DNA of 64,000 bases from Luteolibacter sp. (GCA_043766715.1 JAYUHS010000176.1:15379-79378); one strand, 5' to 3'; counted from the stretch's first letter, positions 50,101 through 59,107 are shown. Numbers and translations are program-made. Notes: generated from the letters alone by a model not told the origin.

Positions 50101-52690
50101 CTCAATCGTCAGTAACTCTGACGGAGACTATCAACAGCCGAGCTTTGACAATCTTAATCGTCTTACACGGACAGACTTCCCAGATGGAACCTTTTCCCAA
50201 CAGATTTGGGAATGTTGTCACATCGGTGAATCCCGCAGCGGTAAAATGGTGAATGGACAGGATCAGATAAAGGATCGGACTCTTTATTCCCATGACCGCC
50301 GTGGCTTGCTGACTCGGTCCATTGACAGTGCGGGTAAAGTCACGCAACTCACTTATGATGATGCCGGACGACTCAAGACGCTGACGGATCCTAGAAATTC
50401 CCAAACCACTTGGACCTATGATAGTTTAGGTCGAATTGATAAAAAAGTTTTCCCGGATACGACTTACGAACAAATCGTCTGGGAAAATATGGGCCAGCCA
50501 AAAAAGATCCTCAACCGTAGTGGACAGGAAACCAACTTCGTATTCGACAGTAACGGGAACTTAAAAACTGAGTTTGGCACAGGCATCTATATTAACCGAA
50601 GCTACGATAACTGGGACCGGCTCAAGACCGCACAAGATAATTCATATAGCAACAATGCACACACCTACAGCTACGACCTTCTCGGACGCGTCACCTCGCT
50701 GGATGGTCCTTGGAGCGATGACACGCTCAGTTGGCAATATTTGGATGCCGAGAAGAAAGTCATCCGCACCAGTCCCGGAGGACTCACGGAAACCCGCATC
50801 GGCGATACGCAGGACCGTATGAAATCCATCGCGAATCCACTCGGGCTATTTACCTTTGGCTACGATGGTGAAGCGGATCGTGCGCTATCCATCCAGCATT
50901 CCGGCGGCTTTGATACCGCATTTTCCTACCTCGGTGCGGACGATCAACGGGCGCTAAGGACGATCACCTCCAAGTTACCAGGTGGATCATCCATTGGGAA
51001 GCACACTTACAGTTATGACGATCAAAATCGGATCGACTCATGGAAACGTGAGACTCCGTTAGTCAATCCTTTGGGAATCACCCATGGTTACCAATGGAAG
51101 AATTACTATGACTTTTCCTCCCAACTCACTTCTGTTACAGAAAAGTCTCTGACCGGCACACTGGAACAAGGATGGGACTATCAGCACGATCTCGCCGGGA
51201 ACATCAGTTCGGTTCAAAAATCTTCTCAAGTCAATCACTCCGTCTCACTGGTAAAGCGCAATCATGACCTCAGCAACCGTATCACCAGTATGGGAACCGA
51301 TGGGAAGGCCGTGATTCGCGGCACCCTTAGTGAACCTGGGGACGCCACCGTCGGCCTCGCAGGAAGCGGTGACAAACCCGCGAGAATGCTTGCAGACAAC
51401 CGTTTCGAAACCGAGCTGATCCTCCAGCCCGGGAATAACTCCGTCGCCATCGCCGCCACCGATACCAGTGGCAACCGCTCGAACTATCGATTCAATGTCA
51501 CCCTACCCACTGCCAATGTTTCGCCGCTCTCGTTCATTTATGATCTGAATGGGAATCTCACTTCTGATGGGATGCGGAGTTATGAATGGGACATCCACTC
51601 TCGTTTGAAAAAAGTTACTTGGGGCACAGGCAAAACCACCGAGTTCAACTATAATGCACTTGCCCAACGTTGTGAAAGTATCGACACCGTAGCAGGAGTG
51701 GTCACCCGCCATTTCTACTTATTTGATGGAATCCGACTCATTGATCGCCGGACTGGCACCACCGCAGATACTGCCACCATCGACCGCCGCTACTTTTCGC
51801 AAGGCGAGCAACGCAAGAACGGTAGCTCTTGGGAGAACTACTTCTACAGCCGCGATCATCTCGGCAGCATCCGCGAAGTAGTAAAATCAGTGGGAGGAAC
51901 CAACACCCTAGTCGCTCGCTACGACTACGACCCCTACGGCAAGCGCCTCACTCAATACCAAGCCAGTGCCTACACCGGCGGTTGCGACTTCGGCTACACC
52001 GGTCACGTCACAAATCCAAGCCTCGTCGCAGGCCAGACGGAACTCGTACTGACTCACTATCGTGCCTACGATCCGAACTTAGGAAGATGGTTGTCTAGCG
52101 ATCCGATTGGGGAGGCGGGTGGGATGAACTTGTATGCTTATGTGGGCGGGAACCCGATCAACCTATACGATCCCGATGGAATGTGGCCAGCTAGACCGGA
52201 GTGGATGCTGACAAATGCAGAAATCGGCGATGCCTTGAATGATGGATTTTTTGCCACACTTGATGGGGCAATACCATTTGCTGATCCGTTTGCCGATGCT
52301 GGGAAATACGGGCGCTGTGAGTCTGGGATCGGCGTTTCTCAGGCGGCGGGTGGCATTGCTAGGGATGCGGCGTTGTCAGCATTTGTGCCGAATATTGGCG
52401 CATGGGCGAAAAATCCGGTAATGTATGAACTGGGAAGCACAACCGTCCCTACTCGTGTATTCAACACGATCAGTCATTTGGACCCTGTAAGTCGTGGAAG
52501 AATTCTAACGCAGATGAACGGAGGCGGCTTAGGAGGGATGGTGAAAACCGCGTTCGGCACATCATGGAAATATGTTGGAGCAAATACAGCGAGCACATTA
52601 GGAACTGGCCTGACGCCTGGTGGAAACTTGGCCGTCATCGCCGGAATACACGGTGTCGACGAAATGACGAAAAGTAATGACTGTCCATGA
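47192..52690 (+). CDS. RHS/YD-repeat polymorphic toxin with N-terminal anchor, TPR-like block and C39-like cysteine peptidase domain
   Basis: 1832 aa. N-terminal TM. C39-type Cys motif LRDCGQKALARV (Cys codon 47960-47962) and His motif QDHHYVTVEKV..FYDSRMG (48173-48178). Many YD repeats (YxYDxxGR/N). RHS core (YFYSRDHLGSIREV...YDYDPYGKR...THYRAYDPNLGRWLSSDPIGEAGGMNLYAYVGGNPINLYDPDGM), then a ~168-aa C-terminal tip. Confidence 0.9.
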   Translation: MSSLTRRYLWIVPISFAVIGSVIWYMSLHRAMTAVSLPASTAHSKASPFRDSLVHQRTTEEAKKTAEAQPCDDTVLTYLDLSRIPTQGELIAAGNLGEPLTPTSAAEPAAIKDPVKRARQEQENLAFGTAIQTWNQHHYPESFALFEKYIKDFPSSPWAAEAQLHLGCFCQYNGRMLEAAESFDQILATVEPKSEMYHKAKLRRSILHLDQGNLEASLQGFTVMKRDDPDAGHQTYASYWIREIALLQKNETALRDCGQKALARVTEILGNLAEAKKLRETVSAGPHGFTAEELHATALLHGLDSNPVRADAALDDLPVPFVAHYQDHHYVTVEKVTAEEVIFYDSRMGEGKMPRTSFQKQWSGFALIFSKPANAAAIYPAENLKEIVGGCCGHPRSPSDLGDDGCDKNCGLPGWSVNPVNFNFRVSDTPMWWNPPVGPAVSMSMLFNSLDSLNKYAPFGKKWSFEYSSYLLITPGVQVQVKDGDGRLETFTSPTAASSYPITYTQPAGDFRELKEIADHVFTLTHQDGTIYRYGIPVAMTGTSSVPLLLSIEDRHGNTISITHNVHGAITEIGHSMLPATTAAPGVPSAARKWIFTWDTFNGHDRLKWIDDPFGRRATFDYDADGNLRHQTDMGGLSYGYDYTTKLAENSVSIDYYQTTFEPKTNELFISAIHTPKGTTTILTEPSDGKSGLPISAEDRAKGYSLSYPPIGFPEMWTNYRIRITNPENKTEEYHFEGVYRYVYHRDPIQLARPPGESVAPMTGPSDMFTISVIGGKKGKVVGTVRKGSNISETLNARVFAASSLQTTAIQDYSYNWTSFEYNANGTMKTISLPKASYSTTDPYKTYYTYETSGLGAGVDLDKATRYFEGSLKTLIDIDYKTGTRDVEKITDVLGHVTRYQWHSNGLPKSMTDDTTGDVISYVYDEGVNDTDHYPTWKLLKVKRTTPAVGTSPAITTLLVQTEYDDIGRPSIVSNSDGDYQQPSFDNLNRLTRTDFPDGTFSQQIWECCHIGESRSGKMVNGQDQIKDRTLYSHDRRGLLTRSIDSAGKVTQLTYDDAGRLKTLTDPRNSQTTWTYDSLGRIDKKVFPDTTYEQIVWENMGQPKKILNRSGQETNFVFDSNGNLKTEFGTGIYINRSYDNWDRLKTAQDNSYSNNAHTYSYDLLGRVTSLDGPWSDDTLSWQYLDAEKKVIRTSPGGLTETRIGDTQDRMKSIANPLGLFTFGYDGEADRALSIQHSGGFDTAFSYLGADDQRALRTITSKLPGGSSIGKHTYSYDDQNRIDSWKRETPLVNPLGITHGYQWKNYYDFSSQLTSVTEKSLTGTLEQGWDYQHDLAGNISSVQKSSQVNHSVSLVKRNHDLSNRITSMGTDGKAVIRGTLSEPGDATVGLAGSGDKPARMLADNRFETELILQPGNNSVAIAATDTSGNRSNYRFNVTLPTANVSPLSFIYDLNGNLTSDGMRSYEWDIHSRLKKVTWGTGKTTEFNYNALAQRCESIDTVAGVVTRHFYLFDGIRLIDRRTGTTADTATIDRRYFSQGEQRKNGSSWENYFYSRDHLGSIREVVKSVGGTNTLVARYDYDPYGKRLTQYQASAYTGGCDFGYTGHVTNPSLVAGQTELVLTHYRAYDPNLGRWLSSDPIGEAGGMNLYAYVGGNPINLYDPDGMWPARPEWMLTNAEIGDALNDGFFATLDGAIPFADPFADAGKYGRCESGIGVSQAAGGIARDAALSAFVPNIGAWAKNPVMYELGSTTVPTRVFNTISHLDPVSRGRILTQMNGGGLGGMVKTAFGTSWKYVGANTASTLGTGLTPGGNLAVIAGIHGVDEMTKSNDCP

Positions 52691-52875
52691 AAACTTGCAC
52701 AGGTCTAGCCATGATTTTGGTGTATATTTTAGCAGGCCTATACTTAAGTGTACATCTTGGAATAACTCATGGAGCAAAGGGCTATTTTATTGGTGCTCTT
52801 GTAGGTTTTGGCGGAAGTATGATTATCGGGGCAATTGTCATCAGTATCATTTCAAAAAATATTCATAAAAAATAG
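52687..52875 (+). CDS. Small two-TM membrane protein, candidate cognate immunity protein
   Basis: 62 aa. ATGA overlap with the RHS stop. Two hydrophobic helices with GxxxG-like spacing (GALVGFGGSMIIGAIVI). AT-rich. Confidence 0.55.
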   Translation: MKTCTGLAMILVYILAGLYLSVHLGITHGAKGYFIGALVGFGGSMIIGAIVISIISKNIHKK

Positions 52876-52944
52876 TTAGACACGATCTAGTTCGTAGTCA
52901 TCGAAGGTCCTCTCAAGCTGTGTTTCCCGCTAGATGTTAAGTGT

Positions 52945-53841
52945 ATGAATGAAGAACGATCTAGCAGCAGCACTTGGGAGATCTACTTTTACTCCCGCGA
53001 TCACCTCGGCAGCATTCGCGAAGTGGTAAAATCCGTGGGTGGAACCAATACCCTAGTCGCCCGCTACGACTACGACCCCTACGGCAAGCGCCTCACCCAA
53101 TACCAATCCAGTGCGTACACGGGCGGTTGCGACTTCGGCTACACCGGTCACGCCACCGCCCCCAGCCTCGTCGCAGGCCAGACGGAACTCGTGCTGACTC
53201 ACTACCGTGCCTACGATCCGAATCTAGGAAGGTGGTTGTCTGCGGATCCGCTTGGGGAGGCGGGTGGGATGAACTTGTATGCTTATGTGGGCGGGAACCC
53301 GATCAATGAATGGGATCCCACCGGTCTGGCTTCTTGGCGCGACCATTGGGAGGCTCTTGGCTCTTGGAGCGGCGATGAGTTGGGTGAGTCTTTAGGACTC
53401 GGAGCAATGGCCACTGCTGATGGGTTCATTCCATTCAGTGATCCATTCCAGTTATCCGGCGGCTATAGTGGCTGCGAAGATGGAGCAGCATTTTCAAAAG
53501 GAGCGGGCGAAGTTGCTAGAGAGGCTGCATTAATGGCCATAGGCGCGGGTCTGGGGGCAAGAGCCGCAGGAGTGAAAGGAGCAGGAAAGGAATTTTCTCA
53601 TTTTATTCCAAACAGAATGGGTGGGCCACGCTCAATCTGGAATGGAAATTACGTAAGCACTCGAACTCATGCTCTTTCAGACCCATTTCGTTACAGATTC
53701 ATGCCCAGAGCGTGGAAGGAGGCAAATCCAATGCCAAACAGATTGAAACAGCTATGGGATCGCTTGCCGAACACTTGGAAAGGCACAGCGGCGGGAGCAG
53801 GCGCGGCAGTTGGCAGCCATGCAGGCGATAACTGCAAATAA
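52945..53841 (+). CDS. Orphan RHS core-tip with alternative C-terminal toxin (HNH/EndoVII-like motif candidate)
   Basis: 298 aa. Residues ~10-125 nearly duplicate the RHS core end of the main gene (DNA 52972-53317 vs 51830-52175). The cleavage-type motif is NPINEWDPTGL. The tip contains EFSHFIPNRMGGPRSIWNGNYVSTRTHA. Confidence 0.75.
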   Translation: MNEERSSSSTWEIYFYSRDHLGSIREVVKSVGGTNTLVARYDYDPYGKRLTQYQSSAYTGGCDFGYTGHATAPSLVAGQTELVLTHYRAYDPNLGRWLSADPLGEAGGMNLYAYVGGNPINEWDPTGLASWRDHWEALGSWSGDELGESLGLGAMATADGFIPFSDPFQLSGGYSGCEDGAAFSKGAGEVAREAALMAIGAGLGARAAGVKGAGKEFSHFIPNRMGGPRSIWNGNYVSTRTHALSDPFRYRFMPRAWKEANPMPNRLKQLWDRLPNTWKGTAAGAGAAVGSHAGDNCK

Positions 53842-53855
53842 CGGCACGTCCACAT

Positions 53856-54590
53856 ATGATTTTACGAAAACTCAAAAATTTATTCAACCAGTATCGTTCT
53901 TACGAACAGGCGATACTTGATGCGCTCATAGAAAACAGTCCCGAAAGTTCTCGAGGCATCTTGAAGAGCCAACTGGATCGCGTGAGCAAGATTCAACGGC
54001 ACGCGGAGGGACGCGAAGTGAACCTTTATTGCATGAAAGGCGGAGCAGCATTTTTAGATGAGTCCCTACGCTTTCCAAATAGCAAGCCGGAACTGTTGTT
54101 GGCGAAGGCAGCCATAGAATCCCCTTGTCTCAGAGAGGCTCTGCGTGCAGAGGTGTGGATGGCTAACGGAAGGATTTTTTCCCTGATGTTCAATCGGTCT
54201 CCAAATGGAATTGGCAAAGACTTCAAGGTGAATCATTTTGAAATACTTTCCGATCCGATGAAGCAATTCGTTGAGGGCGAGGAAACCATCAAAGATCGGG
54301 AAAAAATTCTCGAAGAAATTAATGCGTCGTTACCTGAAGAATACATAACGATGATCGAAATAAAACACGATCATTCAATTAACGGCTGGCAACTTTACGA
54401 TATCCCGAATATCAGAAAAATAGCTTTTCCTGACAAAAATTATTATCTTCTCGCGGAAAAAGAAGGTCGTGGCGCAATCGCAGTGGCGGAATCGAATCTA
54501 TCTGGAGAATTGTTTTATCTCGATTATGAAGACGACGGTCCTGAAAAAATCAGAGTTCCGTTGTGTGATTTCATTGAAGCCATTAAATAA
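53856..54590 (+). CDS. Candidate immunity protein, C-terminal SUKH (SMI1/KNR4)-like domain
   Basis: 244 aa and AT-rich. LPEEYITMIEIKHDHSINGWQLYD...YYLLAEKEGRGAIAVAESNLSGELFYLDYEDDGPEKIRVPLCDFIEAI fits the SMI1/KNR4 pattern. Confidence 0.5.
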   Translation: MILRKLKNLFNQYRSYEQAILDALIENSPESSRGILKSQLDRVSKIQRHAEGREVNLYCMKGGAAFLDESLRFPNSKPELLLAKAAIESPCLREALRAEVWMANGRIFSLMFNRSPNGIGKDFKVNHFEILSDPMKQFVEGEETIKDREKILEEINASLPEEYITMIEIKHDHSINGWQLYDIPNIRKIAFPDKNYYLLAEKEGRGAIAVAESNLSGELFYLDYEDDGPEKIRVPLCDFIEAIK

Positions 54591-55207
54591 ATGTCAATTC
54601 AAGTTTCCAGACCAGACAAGTTTCCAGACAAACCCAGTTAGGATCAGGTCGCGCATTGAAACAATTTAAGTGGCTCTACTGAATCCAAGAATCACCCATG
54701 ACACGGGCAAACTATCGAAACACGAAATCTTCGGCGAGGAGAAGAGTGAAAGAAATCGTGAAGCCAACATCATTGGGTCATGCCGAGCATTGAAACAATT
54801 TGAGGGGTTTCAATTGACTCTGAAAGTCACCACTCGGCTACCCTGTGTCCATGAAAGTCCAATCCTGTCATTTTTGACTTTAAGAAATTTAACTATAGAT
54901 GGGTGGGCTAAACGCAGATGCAGTGGATCAAAACCCAGTCTTGATTGGGGTTCTCTACTTGAGAGACCGTCTTGAAATATCTAACTTTAGATTCTGGCGA
55001 CCATTCGCTTGCTCATCGATAGATAGATCATGGCCTCCGTGGTATCGGTCAAACTCACCTCTCTGATATTGAATCCTTAGTCTGATAGTTGACCAGAGCT
55101 GTAGTCTCCGAGGACGGCAGCGAGCAGATGGGTGAGCGAGGCCTAGCCATTGGTCGGCTTATATAAGCTCCTTGCTATCCCATACCAAATTCAACAATCA
55201 AAGTCGG

Positions 55208-56206
55208 TCAGAATTTCACTTCATCCACGGAATTCGGCCTCACCGCGACCTCATCTCCAACACTGAGCGCGAGATCTTCCAGTTGCTTACGAGACAGTTC
55301 GACGTCAACAAATTGGCCATCTTCAAGCCGCAAGCTAAGAGTGGCAATGGGGCCGGCATTGAACAAATGCTGCACTCGTGCCAAGCGATCCGTAAGTGGT
55401 TCATATTCTGCCGCGAATAACACTTCGATTTCGTGGGGTCTGACATACTGAGTTTCACCAGATGCATCTCCGATTTTATTCACATTCCCAAGAAACTCAT
55501 AAACAAACGGACTGCGTGGCCGATCGTAGATGGATTGGGGATCACCGACTTGTTCGACGCGGGCGTTGCGCATCACCACGACCTGATCGGCGAGCTCGAG
55601 TGCTTCCTCTTGGTCGTGGGTGACAAATAGGGTGGTGAGGCCGATTTCATCGTGAAACTGCCGCAGCCAGCGGCGTAGGCTTTTCCTTACTTGCGCATCT
55701 AACGCGCCGAAGGGCTCGTCCAGCAGAAGCACCTTCGGCCGGATCGCAAGGGCGCGAGCCAGCGCCACCCGCTGACGCTGACCACCCGAAAGCTCGTGAG
55801 GACGGCGCTGATCAAGGCTTTCGAGTTTGACCAGCTTCAGCAACTCAGAAACACGGTCACGAATTTCCTGCTTCGCCGGGCGTTTAGAGCGTGGAAGCAC
55901 ACTCAACCCGAAGGCAATGTTCTCCGCGATCGTCATGTGACGGAACAGAGCATAGTGTTGAAAAACAAAGCCAACGCCGCGTTTTCCCGCCGGAATGTCG
56001 CCCACGTCCTCGCCATGGAAACGGATTTTACTGTTTCCTGCATCGGCGAATTCCAGCCCTGCGACAATGCGTAGCAGCGTGGTTTTCCCCGATCCCGAAG
56101 GTCCTAGCAAAGCGGTCAGTGAGCCGTCTGGAACTTCGAGAGAAATATTCTCAAGCGCGGAATAATTACCAAAGGTCTTATTGATAGATTGAATCGAGAT
56201 CGACAT
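55208..56206 (-). CDS. cysA: Sulfate/thiosulfate ABC transporter ATP-binding protein
   Basis: 332 aa with [27 protein letters not shown] and [11 protein letters not shown], plus a C-terminal regulatory (TOBE-like) domain. Confidence 0.88.
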   Translation of the reverse strand: MSISIQSINKTFGNYSALENISLEVPDGSLTALLGPSGSGKTTLLRIVAGLEFADAGNSKIRFHGEDVGDIPAGKRGVGFVFQHYALFRHMTIAENIAFGLSVLPRSKRPAKQEIRDRVSELLKLVKLESLDQRRPHELSGGQRQRVALARALAIRPKVLLLDEPFGALDAQVRKSLRRWLRQFHDEIGLTTLFVTHDQEEALELADQVVVMRNARVEQVGDPQSIYDRPRSPFVYEFLGNVNKIGDASGETQYVRPHEIEVLFAAEYEPLTDRLARVQHLFNAGPIATLSLRLEDGQFVDVELSRKQLEDLALSVGDEVAVRPNSVDEVKF

Positions 56207-56217
56207 GGGAAGACAGA

Positions 56218-57147
56218 CTACTTGTGAGTGGAAGATGACTTGCCTGAAAAATGTTCGACTACGCTTTTCAGACCCAGAGTGACGAGGGCGAGAAAGGCAA
56301 GTAACGTGGCGCAGGCGAACGCCGCACTGAATTGATACTCGTTGTAAAGGACTTCGATGTGGAGTGGCAGCGTGTTAGTCACTCCACGGATGTGACCGGA
56401 AACCACCGAGACTGCGCCGAATTCACCCATGGCTCTGGCGTTACAAAGTAAGACGCCGTAAAATAATCCCCATTTAATGTTCGGTAATGTCACTCGGAAA
56501 AAAATCTGCCAGCCTCTGGCCCCTAGCGTAATCGCGGCTTCTTCTTGATCGCTACCTTGGGTTTCCATGAGTGGGATTAGCTCACGTGCGACGAAGGGAA
56601 ATGTTACAAATACGGTGGCGATGACAATGCCGGGAAATGCGAAGACGATTTTTGGATTTCCCAGCCATTCGGATAGACTGCCGAACAGCCAGTTGAAACC
56701 ACGATATTCTGCCAAAGAAGCCGTCAAGCGAGCCGCAGGTTCGAAGAAATCGGCAAGTGCCGATGGTGGCAGCCAACCTTTAGAGCCGAAAATCATCACC
56801 CACACTAAGCCGGCGATTACTGGAGAAACGGCAAATGGAAGATCGATCAACGAAAGCAGAAATGCCCGACCTTTGAAGCGATATTTAGTCACCAGCCATG
56901 CGGCGGAAACTCCGAATACCGTATTGAGCGGCACGGAAATCGCCGCAGCGAGCAAGGTCAGTTTGATCGCCGAAAATGCTGTTTCCTCATGCAAGGAGGC
57001 GAGGAATACTTCCCAACCACGGCGCATCGCTTCCGCAAAAACAGCGGCTAACGGAAGGAGTAAGAAGAGAGATAGCACGACGACGGCAAGGCCGATGAGG
57101 ATCAAGCGGACCAGCGGCGACTCAGTAGTGGCGGGACGAAGAGCCAT
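56218..57147 (-). CDS. cysW: Sulfate ABC transporter permease CysW
   Basis: 309 aa, second permease of the operon, with an EAA-type loop ([21 protein letters not shown]). Confidence 0.85.
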   Translation of the reverse strand: MALRPATTESPLVRLILIGLAVVVLSLFLLLPLAAVFAEAMRRGWEVFLASLHEETAFSAIKLTLLAAAISVPLNTVFGVSAAWLVTKYRFKGRAFLLSLIDLPFAVSPVIAGLVWVMIFGSKGWLPPSALADFFEPAARLTASLAEYRGFNWLFGSLSEWLGNPKIVFAFPGIVIATVFVTFPFVARELIPLMETQGSDQEEAAITLGARGWQIFFRVTLPNIKWGLFYGVLLCNARAMGEFGAVSVVSGHIRGVTNTLPLHIEVLYNEYQFSAAFACATLLAFLALVTLGLKSVVEHFSGKSSSTHK

Positions 57148-57151
57148 GGTT

Positions 57152-58036
57152 TCAGTGGTGTTGCCAGTCGAGGCGGCGCTGCAGGAGATTGATGAGAAAC
57201 AGCAAAGTGAAAGACACCATCAGCATCGCGGAAGCGATGACTGCCGCCGCTTGATACTTAAACTGCTCAAGCTGCGCGACAATGAGAAGCGGAAGGATTT
57301 CGGTTTTCATTGGTAGGTTTCCCGAGATGAAAATCACTGAGCCATATTCGCCAATGGCTCGCGCAAAGGCGAGGGTGAAGCCGGTGATCAATGCTGGAAC
57401 AAGTAGCGGAAGAATGACCCGCCGGAAAATGGTCCAGCGGTTCGCTCCCAAGGTGGCAGCGGCTTCTTCGATTTCCACGCCGAGATCTTCCATCACCGGC
57501 TGTAACGTCCTAACGACAAATGGAAAACCAATGAACGTGAGTGCGATGAATACGCCAAGTGGGCTGTAGGCGGCCCCTTTGGACGCCCAATCGTCCACCT
57601 GTTCACCTAGCCAACCCGAGGGAGCATAAGATCCTTGATACCATTTCGCTGCCTGCGAGATATACTGACCGATCCAGCCGTTCGGTGCATAGATCTGGGT
57701 CAGTGTGATACCAGCCACAGCGGTGGGGAGTGCAAATGGTAGGTCCACCATCGCATCAAGGATCCGCCGACCTGGGAACTCATAACGGACTAACACCCAC
57801 GTCACTAGCAGCCCAAGCACCACGCTCACTCCAGCAGCGGCAGCACTTGCGCCGAAGGTGAGTTGCGTCGCTGCGATGACGCGCGGTGTGGTTAGCAGAC
57901 TCCACCATTCCGACCAGCCCAGTCCGGCAGCCTTGATAAATAACGCGGCCAACGGGATCAGAATGATCAAGCCCAAGTAAGTCACCGTGAAACCCATCGA
58001 CAGGCCGAAGCCGGGTATAACGCGTCGTTTTGACAT
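57152..58036 (-). CDS. cysT: Sulfate ABC transporter permease CysT
   Basis: 294 aa, first permease, with the loop [21 protein letters not shown]. Confidence 0.85.
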   Translation of the reverse strand: MSKRRVIPGFGLSMGFTVTYLGLIILIPLAALFIKAAGLGWSEWWSLLTTPRVIAATQLTFGASAAAAGVSVVLGLLVTWVLVRYEFPGRRILDAMVDLPFALPTAVAGITLTQIYAPNGWIGQYISQAAKWYQGSYAPSGWLGEQVDDWASKGAAYSPLGVFIALTFIGFPFVVRTLQPVMEDLGVEIEEAAATLGANRWTIFRRVILPLLVPALITGFTLAFARAIGEYGSVIFISGNLPMKTEILPLLIVAQLEQFKYQAAAVIASAMLMVSFTLLFLINLLQRRLDWQHH

Positions 58037-58075
58037 GAGTGAGGATTGGGTGGTTTGCCGGTGATTGAGAAGAAG

Positions 58076-59107
58076 TTATTTAACGCTGTAAATTTGGTCG
58101 AAGGTTCCACCGTCGTCGAAGTGTTCCTTCTGTGCCTTTACCCAGCCGCCGAAATCTGAATCCACCGTGACGAGTGGAAGCTTGGGTAACTTGTCCACAT
58201 ACTTCGCGGCGATGGCTTGATTACGAGGCCGATAGAAATGCTTGCCAGCCAGATTTTGCGCCACGTCGGTGTAAAGGAACTCAAGATAGGCACGGGCGGC
58301 TTCGGTTGTTCCGTGTTTCGCGGTGTTTTTCTCGACAACGGCGACTGGGGGTTCAGCGAGGATACTCAAGGATGGATAAACCACCTCAGTTTTTCCGGGG
58401 AATTCCTTCTCGATTAGATAAGCTTCGTTTTCCCATGAAAGGAATACATCGCCGATTTCACGTTGGGCAAAGGTGGTGGTAGAACCACGGGCACCAGCAT
58501 CAAGCACCGGCACGTTTTTGTAGAGAAGGGTGATGTAATCGATGATTTTTGCGCGATCTCCGCTGAACTCTTTGTTGGCCCATGCCCACGCAGCTAGGTA
58601 ATTCCAGCGGGCACCGCCAGAGGTTTTCGGATTTGGAGTGATCACCTTCACCCCATTTTTGACGAGATCGCCCCAGTCTTTAATGCCTTTGGGATTTTCT
58701 TTCCTAACGACGAAAACAATAGTGGAAGTATAAGGCGAACTATTATTTGCAAGTTTGGACTGCCAATCGGCAGGAAGGGACTTTGCTTCCTTAACGATAC
58801 TATTGATATCACCCGCCAAGGCGAGTGTGACCACATCGGCTTCAAGGCCATCAATCACCGAGCGGGCTTGTTTACCGGAGCCGCCGTGGGATTGCTCGAC
58901 GGTCACGGTTTGGCCTGTTTTAGCAAAGCGGTCATTCTTAAAGGCCTCGTTGATCTCCACATAAAACTCGCGGGTGGGATCATAGGACACATTCAGGAGT
59001 TTCAAGTTTTTCGCGGTAGAACCAAGTTCGACAGGCTTGTTTTTACCGCAACCTGTCAGCACTAAGGCGGATGCGAGAATGGTGGGAATGAGAGATTTTA
59101 TTTTCAT
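58076..59107 (-). CDS. Sulfate-binding periplasmic lipoprotein (Sbp/CysP family)
   Basis: ATG at 59105-59107 with a lipobox (ALVLTGC). Full-length similarity pattern to sulfate-binding proteins ([16 protein letters not shown]..., [16 protein letters not shown]). Confidence 0.85.
   Translation of the reverse strand: MKIKSLIPTILASALVLTGCGKNKPVELGSTAKNLKLLNVSYDPTREFYVEINEAFKNDRFAKTGQTVTVEQSHGGSGKQARSVIDGLEADVVTLALAGDINSIVKEAKSLPADWQSKLANNSSPYTSTIVFVVRKENPKGIKDWGDLVKNGVKVITPNPKTSGGARWNYLAAWAWANKEFSGDRAKIIDYITLLYKNVPVLDAGARGSTTTFAQREIGDVFLSWENEAYLIEKEFPGKTEVVYPSLSILAEPPVAVVEKNTAKHGTTEAARAYLEFLYTDVAQNLAGKHFYRPRNQAIAAKYVDKLPKLPLVTVDSDFGGWVKAQKEHFDDGGTFDQIYSVK

Noticed and set aside
54670-54975. 101-aa ORF in the AT-rich tail
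   Set aside because: It has a non-ATG (GTG) start at 54670 and no recognisable features or coupling, and it lies in a region with repeats and a compositional shift. It is treated as non-coding or decayed sequence.
56567-57316. 249-aa plus-strand ORF across cysW/cysT
   Set aside because: It is antisense to two clearly conserved ABC permease genes and has a Ser/Ala/Arg-rich composition.
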